Shown here: piece after piece, positions 1 through 8,402 of the stretch | Position numbering within the stretch: position 1 is the stretch's first letter | Layout: each line of letters begins with the position of its first letter | From: an uncultured Bacteroidales bacterium | Lineage (GTDB): Bacteria; Bacteroidota; Bacteroidia; Bacteroidales; P3 | Direction of reading: 5' to 3' | DNA: 32,000 nucleotides | Assembly (NCBI GenBank): GCA_910586395.1 | Contig: CAJUFX010000003.1 | Coordinates: 164,893-196,892 of the forward strand | Translations under genes and position numbers: made by a program | Notes under the pieces: generated by a model | Database searches by the model: none | Told to the model about the DNA's origin: nothing | What the model saw: the letters and a program-made list of their open reading frames with translations, nothing else

Positions 1-82
1 TTAAAAATTCGTAAAAAATCCGGGGCGGGGGAAACCGGACGTGCGTGTCCGAACCGACCCTGTCCGTATTTATACGAAAAAA

Positions 83-178
83 GGGTAAGCTACTTACATC
101 GCACCGCTACAACCATCGTACCCTTGCTGTCTTCCAACCCTGGGGGATTAAATAGGAGCTGGTCGTGTAAGACTTACC
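83..178 (-). ncRNA. ffs: Signal recognition particle RNA (bacterial small SRP / 4.5S-like)
   Basis: The reverse complement reads GGGTAAGTCTTACACGACCAGCTCC...CCCAGGGTTGGAAGACAGCAAGGGTACGATGGTTGTAGCGGTGCGATGTAAGTAGCTTACCC. It has the SRP helix-8 type GGAAG...AGCA motif and terminal pairing GGGTAAG/CTTACCC. TTTTTT follows the 3' end and a matching Bacteroidota promoter precedes it. Confidence 0.85.
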
Positions 179-182
179 CGAT

Positions 183-213
183 GCAAAAGTAGCATAAATT
201 TTAAATAAGTCAA
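183..213 (-). promoter_or_regulatory. Bacteroidota sigma-ABfr-type promoter for SRP RNA
   Basis: The reverse complement is TTTG-N19-TACTTTTG, matching the TTTG / TAnnTTTG consensus immediately upstream of the SRP RNA. Confidence 0.75.
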
Positions 214-251
214 AAAAAAGGCCGAAATTTCATTTTGCGGGAATATAATGG

Positions 252-259
252 TATATTTG
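252..259 (+). promoter_or_regulatory. Candidate -7 box (TATATTTG) for the DUF4199-led operon
   Basis: TATATTTG matches TAnnTTTG. The -33 side is weak (TTTC 21 nt upstream, TTTG 15 nt upstream). Confidence 0.45.
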
Positions 260-330
260 TCGGTTATTGCGTTGCGGAACCGGAAGAACATCCGCACCGC
301 CCTGAAAACCCGTAAGGAGGAATAGGATAT

Positions 331-867
331 ATGGCATTCTCATTCAAGCGTCCGCAAAGCAAACCGGACCGTCTGGCACTCGGCTACGCCGCCGTCTGGG
401 GCGGTCTGACGGCCGTGGCTCTGGTGTTGCTGACCGCCGTCTGCCAATCGGCCGGCTACAAACCGGGCGCGCCGCTGACATGGATTTCCTATACCGTCCT
501 GTTGGTGAGCCTGATCGGCGCGCCTTTGCATTACCGCCGGCAACTGGCGCCGGAAGCCCCGTTCAGCACGCGGCAGGCCTACCTCATGTGCGTCTTCCAG
601 GCCTTGCTGGGCGCGAGCCTGTTCGTGTTGCTGCTTTACGTTTACCTGCGTTGGATCGACTTCGACTTCCTGACGGCTTTCAAGGAACGCCAGCAGCTGT
701 ATTGGCAGCGGCATCCCGATTTGACGGAGCCCGAGCGCGTGCAGCGCCTGCAATACGTTGCGGACATGCGGCCCGGCCATATCCTTTGGAACGTCTGGGG
801 CGAACTGGTCATGATAGGGGTGCTGTTTCCGCTCCTGATCGCGTTGATGGTTAGAAAAAACAGATAA
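331..867 (+). CDS. DUF4199-like integral membrane protein
   Basis: 178-aa ORF with hydrophobic segments and the layout of DUF4199 proteins, located upstream of a glycosyltransferase as is common in Bacteroidota. AAGGAGG lies 10 nt before the ATG. Confidence 0.7.
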   Translation: MAFSFKRPQSKPDRLALGYAAVWGGLTAVALVLLTAVCQSAGYKPGAPLTWISYTVLLVSLIGAPLHYRRQLAPEAPFSTRQAYLMCVFQALLGASLFVLLLYVYLRWIDFDFLTAFKERQQLYWQRHPDLTEPERVQRLQYVADMRPGHILWNVWGELVMIGVLFPLLIALMVRKNR

Positions 868-873
868 GTAAAC

Positions 874-1830
874 ATGGATATATCGGTTATCGTACCGCTG
901 TACAACGAAGAGGAATCGCTGCCGGAACTGACGGCTTGGATAGAGCGCGTCATGCGGGAAAACGGATTCAGTTACGAGGTTTGGCTCGTGGACGACGGCA
1001 GCCGCGACCACTCGTGGAAAGTCGTGGAGCGACTCGCCGCCGCCAACCCTTCGGTAAAGGGCATCCGTTTCCGATGCAATTACGGCAAATCGGCCGCACT
1101 CAATACGGGTTTCGAACATGCGAACGGCGAGGTCGTCATCACGATGGACGCCGACATGCAGGACAGCCCGGACGAAATTCCCGCGCTGTACCGCATGATA
1201 CATGACGAGGGGTTCGACTTGGTGTCGGGCTGGAAGAAAGTCCGGCACGATCCCAAATCCAAGACCATTCCGACCAAACTGTTCAACTGGGCCACGCGCC
1301 GCATGTCGGGCGTCCGCCTGCACGATTTCAACTGCGGACTCAAAGCCTACCGCTCGGACGTCGTAAAAACCATAGAGGTCTATGGCGAGATGCACCGTTA
1401 CATTCCGGTCATCGCGAGCCGGGCGGGTTTCCGCCGCATAGGGGAGAAAGTGGTCGAACACCGCGCCCGTCAATACGGCAGCACGAAGTTCGGCGGTTGG
1501 AACCGTTTTATCAACGGACCGTTGGATTTGCTCTCCATCAGTTTCATGAGCCGGTTTTCCAAAAAACCGATGCACTTCTTCGGCAGTCTGGGGCTGTTGA
1601 TTTTCTTTATCGGGTTTATCGCGGCCTGCATTATCGGCGGACAGAAACTCTGGTGCCTGAACCACGGCATACCGGCCCTATTGGTAACCGATTCGCCTTA
1701 TTTTTACATTGCCTTGGTCTGTATGATGATAGGCGCCCAGTTTTTCCTGACCGGTTATCTGGGCGAACTCGTCGGCCGCAATTCGCCGACACGCAACCAA
1801 TATAACATCCGGGAGACTATCGGACAATGA
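874..1830 (+). CDS. Family 2 glycosyltransferase (DPM/GtrB-like, two C-terminal TM segments)
   Basis: N-terminus MDISVIVPLYNEEESLPEL, DDGSRD, TMDADMQDSPDEIP, followed by hydrophobic C-terminal helices. Confidence 0.92.
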   Translation: MDISVIVPLYNEEESLPELTAWIERVMRENGFSYEVWLVDDGSRDHSWKVVERLAAANPSVKGIRFRCNYGKSAALNTGFEHANGEVVITMDADMQDSPDEIPALYRMIHDEGFDLVSGWKKVRHDPKSKTIPTKLFNWATRRMSGVRLHDFNCGLKAYRSDVVKTIEVYGEMHRYIPVIASRAGFRRIGEKVVEHRARQYGSTKFGGWNRFINGPLDLLSISFMSRFSKKPMHFFGSLGLLIFFIGFIAACIIGGQKLWCLNHGIPALLVTDSPYFYIALVCMMIGAQFFLTGYLGELVGRNSPTRNQYNIRETIGQ

Positions 1831-2390
1831 AATACCGTGCCGTTTGGCGGCTGACGGCCGGGTCGGCCTTGTTTTTGGATAGGGACGGCGTGCTGAACCG
1901 TTGTGTGGAGGCGGGATATGTCGGTACGCGGGATGATTTTGAATTTTTGCCGGGCGTGTTGGAGGCGCTGAAAACGGCCGCCGGCCTTTTCCGGCACATT
2001 TTCGTCGTGACCAACCAGCCGGCCGTGGGCAAAGGCTTGATGACGGCCGAAGCCTTGGAGGCCCTGCACGTGTGGATGTGCGATGAAATACAGCGGGCCG
2101 GCGGCCGCATCGACCGCGTTTACAGTTGCCCCGAACCGAAAGAAGCCCATAGTTTCGACCGTAAGCCGGCCGTGGGCATGGGGTTGCGGGCGCAGAAAGC
2201 GTTTCCTTCCGTGGTTTTCGCCGAATCGTTCATGGTGGGCGATACACGGACGGATATGGCGTTCGGACACAGGCTCGGCATGCATACGGTGCTGATCGGC
2301 CATCAAGCCGCCGCTTTGGCACCGCCCTGCTTAGTGGAACGCCGCTACGACCGGCTGGCCGATTTTATAAATGTGATGGCGACTATATGA
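1827..2390 (+). CDS. HAD-superfamily phosphatase, D,D-heptose 1,7-bisphosphate phosphatase (GmhB)-like
   Basis: LFLDRDGVLNR, VVTNQPAVGKG, RKPAVGMG and MVGDTRTDM motifs. The start overlaps the upstream stop (ATGA). Confidence 0.8.
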   Translation: MKYRAVWRLTAGSALFLDRDGVLNRCVEAGYVGTRDDFEFLPGVLEALKTAAGLFRHIFVVTNQPAVGKGLMTAEALEALHVWMCDEIQRAGGRIDRVYSCPEPKEAHSFDRKPAVGMGLRAQKAFPSVVFAESFMVGDTRTDMAFGHRLGMHTVLIGHQAAALAPPCLVERRYDRLADFINVMATI

Positions 2391-3547
2391 AAAGACAAGG
2401 AATATTATACGGAAGCCTGTTGGCTTGGCTGTTGGGGTTGGGCGGCGTGTCCTTTGGTTATACGGCCGTTGCGGATGCCGGCAGTACCTTTGCCGCCGAA
2501 ACGACCCCGGAGGTGGCCACCGTCGGCCGGGCGGAGGCCGACACCAACCGCTTGGACGCCAAAGGGCGCAAACAGGGGCTATGGGTTCGACAGGACTCCA
2601 CACGCCGGCTGTTCTACCGGGGTATTTTCAAAGACGACCTGCCGCAGGGTACGTTCGTCTATACCGACCACGAGGGGATTATGGTGGCCGAAGCTTTCTA
2701 TTTCCGCGGCGGTTACGCGTCCTACAACCGGTTCTACTATCCCGACGGCAAACTGCTTTCCGAAGGCTACTATCTCGACCGTCAAAAGGACAGTGTCTGG
2801 ATCTATTACCGCGAAGACGGCCGCCGCATCCGCAGCCTGACCTATAAAAACGGCTTGCAGGATGGTTTGGCCAGTCTTTACGACGACGAGGGGCATGTCA
2901 TGGAAGAAATGCGTTGGTTCCGCGGCCTGCGGCAGGGCGCGTGGTGGAAACGCGAGACACAAGGTTATCAGTCCGGTTTCTATCATCTGAACAAATCGCA
3001 AGGCGCCTATCAGGCATTTTATCCGGACAGCGGCCGCTATATCGTGGGCCATTACGACGACGGCGCCAAAGACGGCTTGTGGTCGTTCTATCTGCCGGCA
3101 CCTTCCGGCCGTCTGTACAAAGAAGAGGTCTATCGTCAGAACAAGCTGATGGAAAAGCGTCTTTTCCTGCAAATTTCCGGCGAGTTGCGCGCCATAACCA
3201 TTGATACGGTCGTAGCCGTGCTCAAAAGCCCGGACGGCATGGGCGATGTGTTCACGCAAAGCGGCGGCATGCTGCACAGCGACGAATCGTTTGAAAACGT
3301 TTGCCAAATCATAGGTTTGGATCAATTTTTCTACGCGCACGAAAGCGCGTTGGTTTCTTACGGCTTTGCGGAAGATCTGCGCGAGGAGGACGGCATGGCG
3401 GTGCTGGTGCTGTCGGTGCCTTTGCCGTTTACGCTCTATGCCGACGAAAACGCCGTCCAGAACTGGAAGAGCGTCCACAGCCGCGCCGCCGTACCGGCGG
3501 AAACGGAGAACGTGGAAGACGGCAGGGAGGAGGGGACCGATGAATAG
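2387..3547 (+). CDS. MORN/YwqK-like repeat protein with an uncharacterised C-terminal region
   Basis: Repeated G.W..Y...G....E..Y..G...G.W..Y...G units after a signal-like N-terminus. ATGA overlap with the upstream gene. Confidence 0.7.
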   Translation: MKRQGILYGSLLAWLLGLGGVSFGYTAVADAGSTFAAETTPEVATVGRAEADTNRLDAKGRKQGLWVRQDSTRRLFYRGIFKDDLPQGTFVYTDHEGIMVAEAFYFRGGYASYNRFYYPDGKLLSEGYYLDRQKDSVWIYYREDGRRIRSLTYKNGLQDGLASLYDDEGHVMEEMRWFRGLRQGAWWKRETQGYQSGFYHLNKSQGAYQAFYPDSGRYIVGHYDDGAKDGLWSFYLPAPSGRLYKEEVYRQNKLMEKRLFLQISGELRAITIDTVVAVLKSPDGMGDVFTQSGGMLHSDESFENVCQIIGLDQFFYAHESALVSYGFAEDLREEDGMAVLVLSVPLPFTLYADENAVQNWKSVHSRAAVPAETENVEDGREEGTDE

Positions 3548-4610
3548 ACGCAGGCTGTTGTTGTGGGCCGGTTTTCTCGCGGCCTGTATCGGTTGCGGAC
3601 GGGCGCAGAGCGGCGGCTATTCGTTCGAATTCCTCAACATGACCAATCCGGCGCGTCAGGCGGCCTTGGGAGCCGAATTCCTCTCGGTGCGCGACGCCGA
3701 CATACAGTTGGCCCTGGCCAATCCATCCCTCATCACGTCCGAAATACACAACAACCTCGCTGTCAATTACGTCAATTATTTCAGCGGCATTAACTACGGC
3801 TTCCTTTCCTACGCCCGCAACTTCGATAAAGTCGGCAATTTCGCGTTTCACGTACAGTTCGCCAACTATGGCAAAATAGACCGCACCAATGAGTTCGGCG
3901 CGGTAACGGGCGAGGCGACGGCCAACGACGCCGCCATCATCCTCGGTTGGGGACGCTCGTTGGACACGCATTTCACCATAGGCGCCAGTTTCAAGATCAT
4001 CGGCTCGTTTATCGACCGCTATTCGGCCGTTGGCATGGCGGTCGATGTGGCCGCCACCTACGCCAACAAGTCGCGCATGTTCGCCGTTTCGTTGCTGTTG
4101 CGCAACATGGGCGGCGCGCTCAAGACGTATGCCGGCGACGGCGGCAACCGCATGCCGTTCGAAGTGGCCGTCGCCCTGTCGCAGAAGATACCGCACGCGC
4201 CGTTCCGACTGTTGTTGGAATTTCCCAATCTACAGAAATGGAATCTGAACTACGACGACCCGTTCGGCGCGGTGGATTTGGTTACCGGCGAACGCAAGAA
4301 ACGCAGCAAAGCCGGCGACTTTTTTGATGATTTGGGCCGTCATATCGTGGTGGGGCTGGAATTGATCCCCTACAAAGGGTTTTACCTGCGCGCCGCCTAC
4401 AATTACGACCGCGGACAGAACATGAGTACGACGGGTAAGCCCGGCATGGTCGGTTTTTCGTGGGGCTTCGGCTTCCGCGTCTATAAATTCAACTTCAGTT
4501 ACGCGCGTTCGGCCTACCACTTGGTCGGTTCACCCAATTACCTCAGTCTTTCCATCGACATCGACGCCATACAGAAAAAAGGCTTCAAAAACATGAAGTG
4601 GAACGAATAA
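3540..4610 (+). CDS. porQ: Type IX secretion system protein PorQ-like
   Basis: MNRRRLLLWAGFLAACIGCGRAQSGGYSFEFLNMTNPARQAALGAEFLSV... is a PorV/PorQ-family beta-barrel-like sequence. Start chosen at 3540 rather than 3366 because it gives a signal peptide. Confidence 0.8.
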   Translation: MNRRRLLLWAGFLAACIGCGRAQSGGYSFEFLNMTNPARQAALGAEFLSVRDADIQLALANPSLITSEIHNNLAVNYVNYFSGINYGFLSYARNFDKVGNFAFHVQFANYGKIDRTNEFGAVTGEATANDAAIILGWGRSLDTHFTIGASFKIIGSFIDRYSAVGMAVDVAATYANKSRMFAVSLLLRNMGGALKTYAGDGGNRMPFEVAVALSQKIPHAPFRLLLEFPNLQKWNLNYDDPFGAVDLVTGERKKRSKAGDFFDDLGRHIVVGLELIPYKGFYLRAAYNYDRGQNMSTTGKPGMVGFSWGFGFRVYKFNFSYARSAYHLVGSPNYLSLSIDIDAIQKKGFKNMKWNE

Positions 4611-4646
4611 ACCCGATACGGAAGCGATAAATCGTCTCCGTTTATT
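4606..4646 (+). terminator. Imperfect hairpin after the porQ-like gene
   Basis: CGGA/TCCG plus CGAT/ATCG pairing, with outer AATAAAC/GTTTATT around a bulge. No strong T-run. Confidence 0.3.
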
Positions 4647-4708
4647 CAAAAAACAGATATTTGACACATACGATTTCAGTCTTTTTTCCCTTTGTGTGTA
4701 TAATTGGT

Positions 4709-4716
4709 TAACTTTG
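4709..4716 (+). promoter_or_regulatory. Candidate -7 box TAACTTTG
   Basis: Matches TAnnTTTG upstream of the ATG at 4732. The nearest TTTG is only 14 nt upstream, so the -33 element is suboptimal. Confidence 0.4.
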
Positions 4717-4731
4717 CATGAAACCATAATA

Positions 4732-5841
4732 ATGAATATTATGAATATCAAAAAGATTTTGATGCTTTTAGGTCTGGCGGGCCTATTGAATGCCGGACTG
4801 ACCCGCGCCCAAGCCCCGGAAACCGTCCGGCCGCAGGATTCCTTGATTGCTGTCGATACGGTATTGAAAGACGGTATCCGTTTCATCCAATCCCGCGATT
4901 TCGAAATTTACCGAGGCTGGACGACCGGCGCCGCCTTCAATCTGAGTTATGCCGACCGCCCCGGCGACACGACGCCTTACCGGCTCAACATCACCTTCAT
5001 CGAGGGCCAACTCACGATGACGGCCGGAGAGACCAAACTGCTGTTGAAACTGAAGAAAGCCAAAACCGTGTTGGAACTCATCAACACGAAAAACATCGGC
5101 CCTTCGGATTACTGGAGCGAATTGACCAAAGACGGCACCTACTATTATACAACGCCCTCGTTCGCCATTTCCGAAGCGCAGATTCAGCAGATTGCCGCGG
5201 ATAAGGTCGCCAAGATGCGCCTGATCTATGACAAAGGCAAATTCGACCGGGAAATTCAGAACAATGCCGCCGTTTTGGGCTTTCGCGCCGCCTACGCCGC
5301 CATCCGACAGCGTCTGGAAGCGGCAACGGCAGCCGGAATGGCCGAAGAACCCGTGACGGCTGTCGAGGCCAAACCGGAGGAAGAAGCATCCTATGGCTAT
5401 ATCGTGGACGAAGAGGGCGAGGGGAATTCCGTAGAGGAGGAAGAGGCGGTAGAAGAAGTCGAGGAGACAACTGAGGATGAGAAAGCCGAGGCCGTTGAGG
5501 AAGCGGTAGCGGAGGAAACCGAAGAAACTGAAGAAAAATCAGTTGAAGAAGTTGTTGAGGAGGCCGAAGAGGCGACAGAGGAACAGGCTGAAGCAGTTGA
5601 GGAAGAAGCGGTAGAGGAAGCCGTCACAACACCAGAGGGAACCACGCCGGCAACACCGGTGGAAGTACCTGAATCCGTAGCCGAAGAAGCAGCGGAAGCG
5701 GTGGAGGAAACCGCGACGATGGAAGAAAACGCCGCTACCGAAGAAACAACAGCGGCTGAGGAAACCGTCGAACCTGAAACTGAAACCGAAACCGAAGCGG
5801 ATCCTGCAACAGATTCGGAAGAAACGGTCATCGAGAACTGA
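4732..5841 (+). CDS. Exported protein of unknown function with a long acidic Glu/Ala/Val/Thr-rich C-terminal tail
   Basis: Signal peptide MNIMNIKKILMLLGLAGLLNAGLTRAQ, a roughly 170-aa folded-looking domain, then about 190 aa of E/A/V/T-rich low complexity. Start chosen at 4732 within the 4696 ORF. Confidence 0.7.
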   Translation: MNIMNIKKILMLLGLAGLLNAGLTRAQAPETVRPQDSLIAVDTVLKDGIRFIQSRDFEIYRGWTTGAAFNLSYADRPGDTTPYRLNITFIEGQLTMTAGETKLLLKLKKAKTVLELINTKNIGPSDYWSELTKDGTYYYTTPSFAISEAQIQQIAADKVAKMRLIYDKGKFDREIQNNAAVLGFRAAYAAIRQRLEAATAAGMAEEPVTAVEAKPEEEASYGYIVDEEGEGNSVEEEEAVEEVEETTEDEKAEAVEEAVAEETEETEEKSVEEVVEEAEEATEEQAEAVEEEAVEEAVTTPEGTTPATPVEVPESVAEEAAEAVEETATMEENAATEETTAAEETVEPETETETEADPATDSEETVIEN

Positions 5842-5863
5842 GAACGGCCGGTTTCAAATAGTC

Positions 5864-5898
5864 AAAGCCCTGGGGTTCATTCATCGCTCCGGGGCTTT
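5864..5898. terminator. Bidirectional terminator between convergent genes
   Basis: AAAGCCCTGG...CCGGGGCTTT stem with one G-T wobble, between the + gene ending at 5841 and the - gene ending at 5897. Confidence 0.6.
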
Positions 5899-6799
5899 AT
5901 GCTTTATCCGCCTGCCGTTTTTTATATAACTGTACCGAGTTCACAAGGTTCTGCCAAATGATGTAGGAGCCTAAGCCAACGAGCGACAGATGGGAGAGGT
6001 AGGCCGAGGCCATCCACAGGGCCAACACGACGTTTTTCTGGCCTAAACTCTGTCCGCCGCTGATGCCGTCTCCGACCGGTGCGCCGAGACGTTTGCCGAG
6101 CCAAAACTGACCGAGACACAACAGGCAGGCACCGGCCATCATCAAGATTCCCAACGCTAAATCAGATTTGTTTTCGACAATGACGGCCGTTGTCTTGGCT
6201 GTTGCGAACACAACGCAACAGGCCCACAGGTAAAACGATATGTCGTGGTGCGCCGCCATACCGGCATGCAGTTTCGGCCAAACGATTTTCAAAATGAAAG
6301 CCAATACGAACGGCCCGATTAAAATAGGCATGATGTGGCGCAGAATGCCGAAACAAGCTACCCAAAAGCCTTCGTAAGCGGGTTGCGGGTGAATGATCGG
6401 AAACAAGAGCGGCGCGACAAACGCGACCATCGTACTGGACAGCAACACATAAGAGGCGTTCGTCGCGCCGTTGCCGCCCAATTTCATCGTCACGACGGCC
6501 GAAGCGGCCGCGGTGGGCGCCAACACGCACATGAGGAAACATTCGGCCGCGACATGGCTGAAAGGTTCGCAAGCTATATACAGCGTCAGACTACCGAAAA
6601 TCTGTATCAACAGAAACCACAGGTGTATCCGGCTGAACCGGATTTCCCGCGGCGAGATGCGGCAAAACGTAAACAAAAGCATGAAAAACAGAAGATAGGG
6701 CATGATGAAGTCCGCTTTAGGGAACCATCGGTAGCCCCCTATGCCGATCAGGATGGCAAAGACCAGCGCCCAGTTCTTGATAAAATTGACGATTTGCAT
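5897..6799 (-). CDS. Bile acid:sodium symporter (BASS/SBF)-family transporter
   Basis: 300-aa polytopic membrane protein with APTAAASAVVTMKLGGNGATNASYVLLSSTMVAFVAPLLFPI and QSLGQKN-type segments. Confidence 0.75.
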   Translation of the reverse strand: MQIVNFIKNWALVFAILIGIGGYRWFPKADFIMPYLLFFMLLFTFCRISPREIRFSRIHLWFLLIQIFGSLTLYIACEPFSHVAAECFLMCVLAPTAAASAVVTMKLGGNGATNASYVLLSSTMVAFVAPLLFPIIHPQPAYEGFWVACFGILRHIMPILIGPFVLAFILKIVWPKLHAGMAAHHDISFYLWACCVVFATAKTTAVIVENKSDLALGILMMAGACLLCLGQFWLGKRLGAPVGDGISGGQSLGQKNVVLALWMASAYLSHLSLVGLGSYIIWQNLVNSVQLYKKRQADKA

Positions 6800-6918
6800 A
6801 GTTAGATGACAATACCCAAGAGGTTGTTTTACATTGTGGTTCGTGAGGCATCCTCAAAAGTCGCGTTGGAAGAGTTCAGAGGCTAACCTCGCAGATTGGC
6901 CTTTATGTCGCTCCTTTG

Positions 6919-6990
6919 TACCCCCGACGGGAATCGAACCCATATTTAAAGTTTAGGAAACTTTCGTTCTATCCGTTGAACTACGGGGGC
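6919..6990 (-). tRNA. tRNA-Arg (anticodon CCU)
   Basis: Reverse complement GCCCCCGTAGTTCAACGGATAGAACGAAAGTTTCCTAAACTTTAAATATGGGTTCGATTCCCGTCGGGGGTA. All four arms are present, with loop TTCCTAA. Confidence 0.93.
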
Positions 6991-7033
6991 AAAATCTTTT
7001 CTTTGCCGCCCTTGCGGACGGCCATCGTCATCT

Positions 7034-8179
7034 CTATTTTCTACAGGTCTCTACCGACCGCAACAGGTTTTCCGTTATATAATGTAACTGTTCCTCATCC
7101 AATTCGGTGTGCATCGGCAAGGACAAGACCGTTCGGCTCAGCCGTTCGCAGACCGGAAAGTCGCCGTCTCGGTAGCGGTCATCCCGATAGGCCTTTTGCA
7201 AATGCAAAGGGACGGGATAATATATCATGGCCGGAATACCGGCTTCGTTCAAGGCCGTCTGCAAGGCCGTACGATCCACTGTCTCATCCAACCGCACCGT
7301 ATATTGGTGGAAGATATGCGTGGAATAGGCGGCGCGTGCCGGCGTCTTCAACAAGGCGCAACCGGCCAGGACGCGGTCGTAAAAGCCGGCGGCACGGCGG
7401 CGCGCGGCGTTGTAATCGTCCAAATGCGGCAACTTGACGTCCAAGACGGCGGCCTGCAAGGTGTCCAGACGCGAATTGCAGCCGATTTCATCATGCCGGT
7501 AACGGACTTTCATGCCATGGTTTACGACCTGCCGCAACTTTTCGGCCAAACGGTCGTCTTGCGTGAAGAGCGCGCCGCCGTCGCCGTAGCAGCCCAAGTT
7601 CTTGGACGGGAAGAACGACGTGCAGCCGATTTCGCCCATCGTGCCGGCCTTGCAACGGCGGCCGTCTGGAAAAATATAGTCGGCGCCCATGGCCTGGCAG
7701 GCATCTTCAATTACATACAGGCCGTGCCGGTGCGCGATGTCGAGAATCTCCCGCATCGGCGCGCATTGCCCGAACAGATGGACGGGCACGATGGCTTTGG
7801 TGCGCGGCGTAATCGCGCGTTCGACGGCCGCGGGGTCCAGGTTGAACGTATCGGGCGATACATCAACGAGTACGGGCGTCAACCGCAGCAACGCGATGAC
7901 TTCGGCCGTGGCGGCGAACGTGAAATCGGCCGTGATGACTTCATCGCCGGGCTGTAGCCCCAAGGCCATCATGGCCGCCTGCAGGGCATCGGTACCGTTG
8001 CCGCAGGGAATGACGTGCTTGACCGACAGGTAATCGGCCAAATGGGCTGTAAACAACCTGACATCCTGCCCCTGGATAAAATCGGTACGATCCAGAATAC
8101 CGTTCCAGCGGGCGCTTATTTCCGACGCGATCTTTTGATACTGTCGCCGCAAATCCACCATCCGAATCGGTTCCTCCAT
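7034..8179 (-). CDS. DegT/DnrJ/EryC1/StrS-family PLP-dependent aminotransferase
   Basis: [62 protein letters not shown] (PLP-lysine motif), [14 protein letters not shown]. Confidence 0.93.
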   Translation of the reverse strand: MEEPIRMVDLRRQYQKIASEISARWNGILDRTDFIQGQDVRLFTAHLADYLSVKHVIPCGNGTDALQAAMMALGLQPGDEVITADFTFAATAEVIALLRLTPVLVDVSPDTFNLDPAAVERAITPRTKAIVPVHLFGQCAPMREILDIAHRHGLYVIEDACQAMGADYIFPDGRRCKAGTMGEIGCTSFFPSKNLGCYGDGGALFTQDDRLAEKLRQVVNHGMKVRYRHDEIGCNSRLDTLQAAVLDVKLPHLDDYNAARRRAAGFYDRVLAGCALLKTPARAAYSTHIFHQYTVRLDETVDRTALQTALNEAGIPAMIYYPVPLHLQKAYRDDRYRDGDFPVCERLSRTVLSLPMHTELDEEQLHYITENLLRSVETCRK

Positions 8180-8253
8180 CGTCTTTTCCTATTCCTTGCA
8201 TTTCCGGCTGCCGACCGATTGTCCGGCCGGAAGCCAAATCCGTTTCAAGGGCA

Positions 8254-8284
8254 CAAAGGTAACTTTTTTTACGCTCAAGTACAA
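8254..8284 (-). promoter_or_regulatory. Promoter for the DegT aminotransferase
   Basis: The reverse complement is TTG-N20-TACCTTTG, matching the Bacteroidota -33/-7 consensus. Confidence 0.65.
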
Positions 8285-8299
8285 CGGTTGCGCACCGGC

Positions 8300-8330
8300 T
8301 TGGCAAAACGGCCGAAAAAACTTAAATTTG
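8300..8330 (+). promoter_or_regulatory. Promoter for guaA
   Basis: TTG-N20-TAAATTTG upstream of the guaA ATG, divergent from the aminotransferase promoter. Confidence 0.65.
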
Positions 8331-8402
8331 CGCGGCTCGAAAGAGTCGGTTCGGTTCATGAAGAACCGAATGCCCTCTAACTTAGAAATACGACTGAAAC
8401 CT

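Noticed and set aside
340-1665. 441-aa minus-strand ORF opposite the DUF4199-like and glycosyltransferase genes
   Set aside because: It is fully antisense to two recognisable genes and has no family motifs. Long shadow ORFs are common in this GC-rich coding DNA.
3366-3539. N-terminal extension of the PorQ-like ORF
   Set aside because: It overlaps the MORN gene in another frame. The internal ATG at 3540 gives a standard signal peptide.
5397-5831. 144-aa serine/valine-rich minus-strand ORF
   Set aside because: It mirrors the acidic low-complexity tail on the opposite strand and has no independent support.
6800-6918. Possible structured leader or riboswitch upstream of the BASS-family transporter
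   Set aside because: I could not recognise any known riboswitch core or a convincing long stem.
6916-7437. 173-aa ORF beginning MYPRRESNPYLKF
   Set aside because: It reads through tRNA-Arg (the RRESNP peptide is a typical tRNA translation artefact) and then antisense to the aminotransferase.
8196-8402. N-terminal extension of the GMP synthase ORF
   Set aside because: It covers the divergent promoter region and does not resemble GuaA. Homology begins at [16 protein letters not shown].
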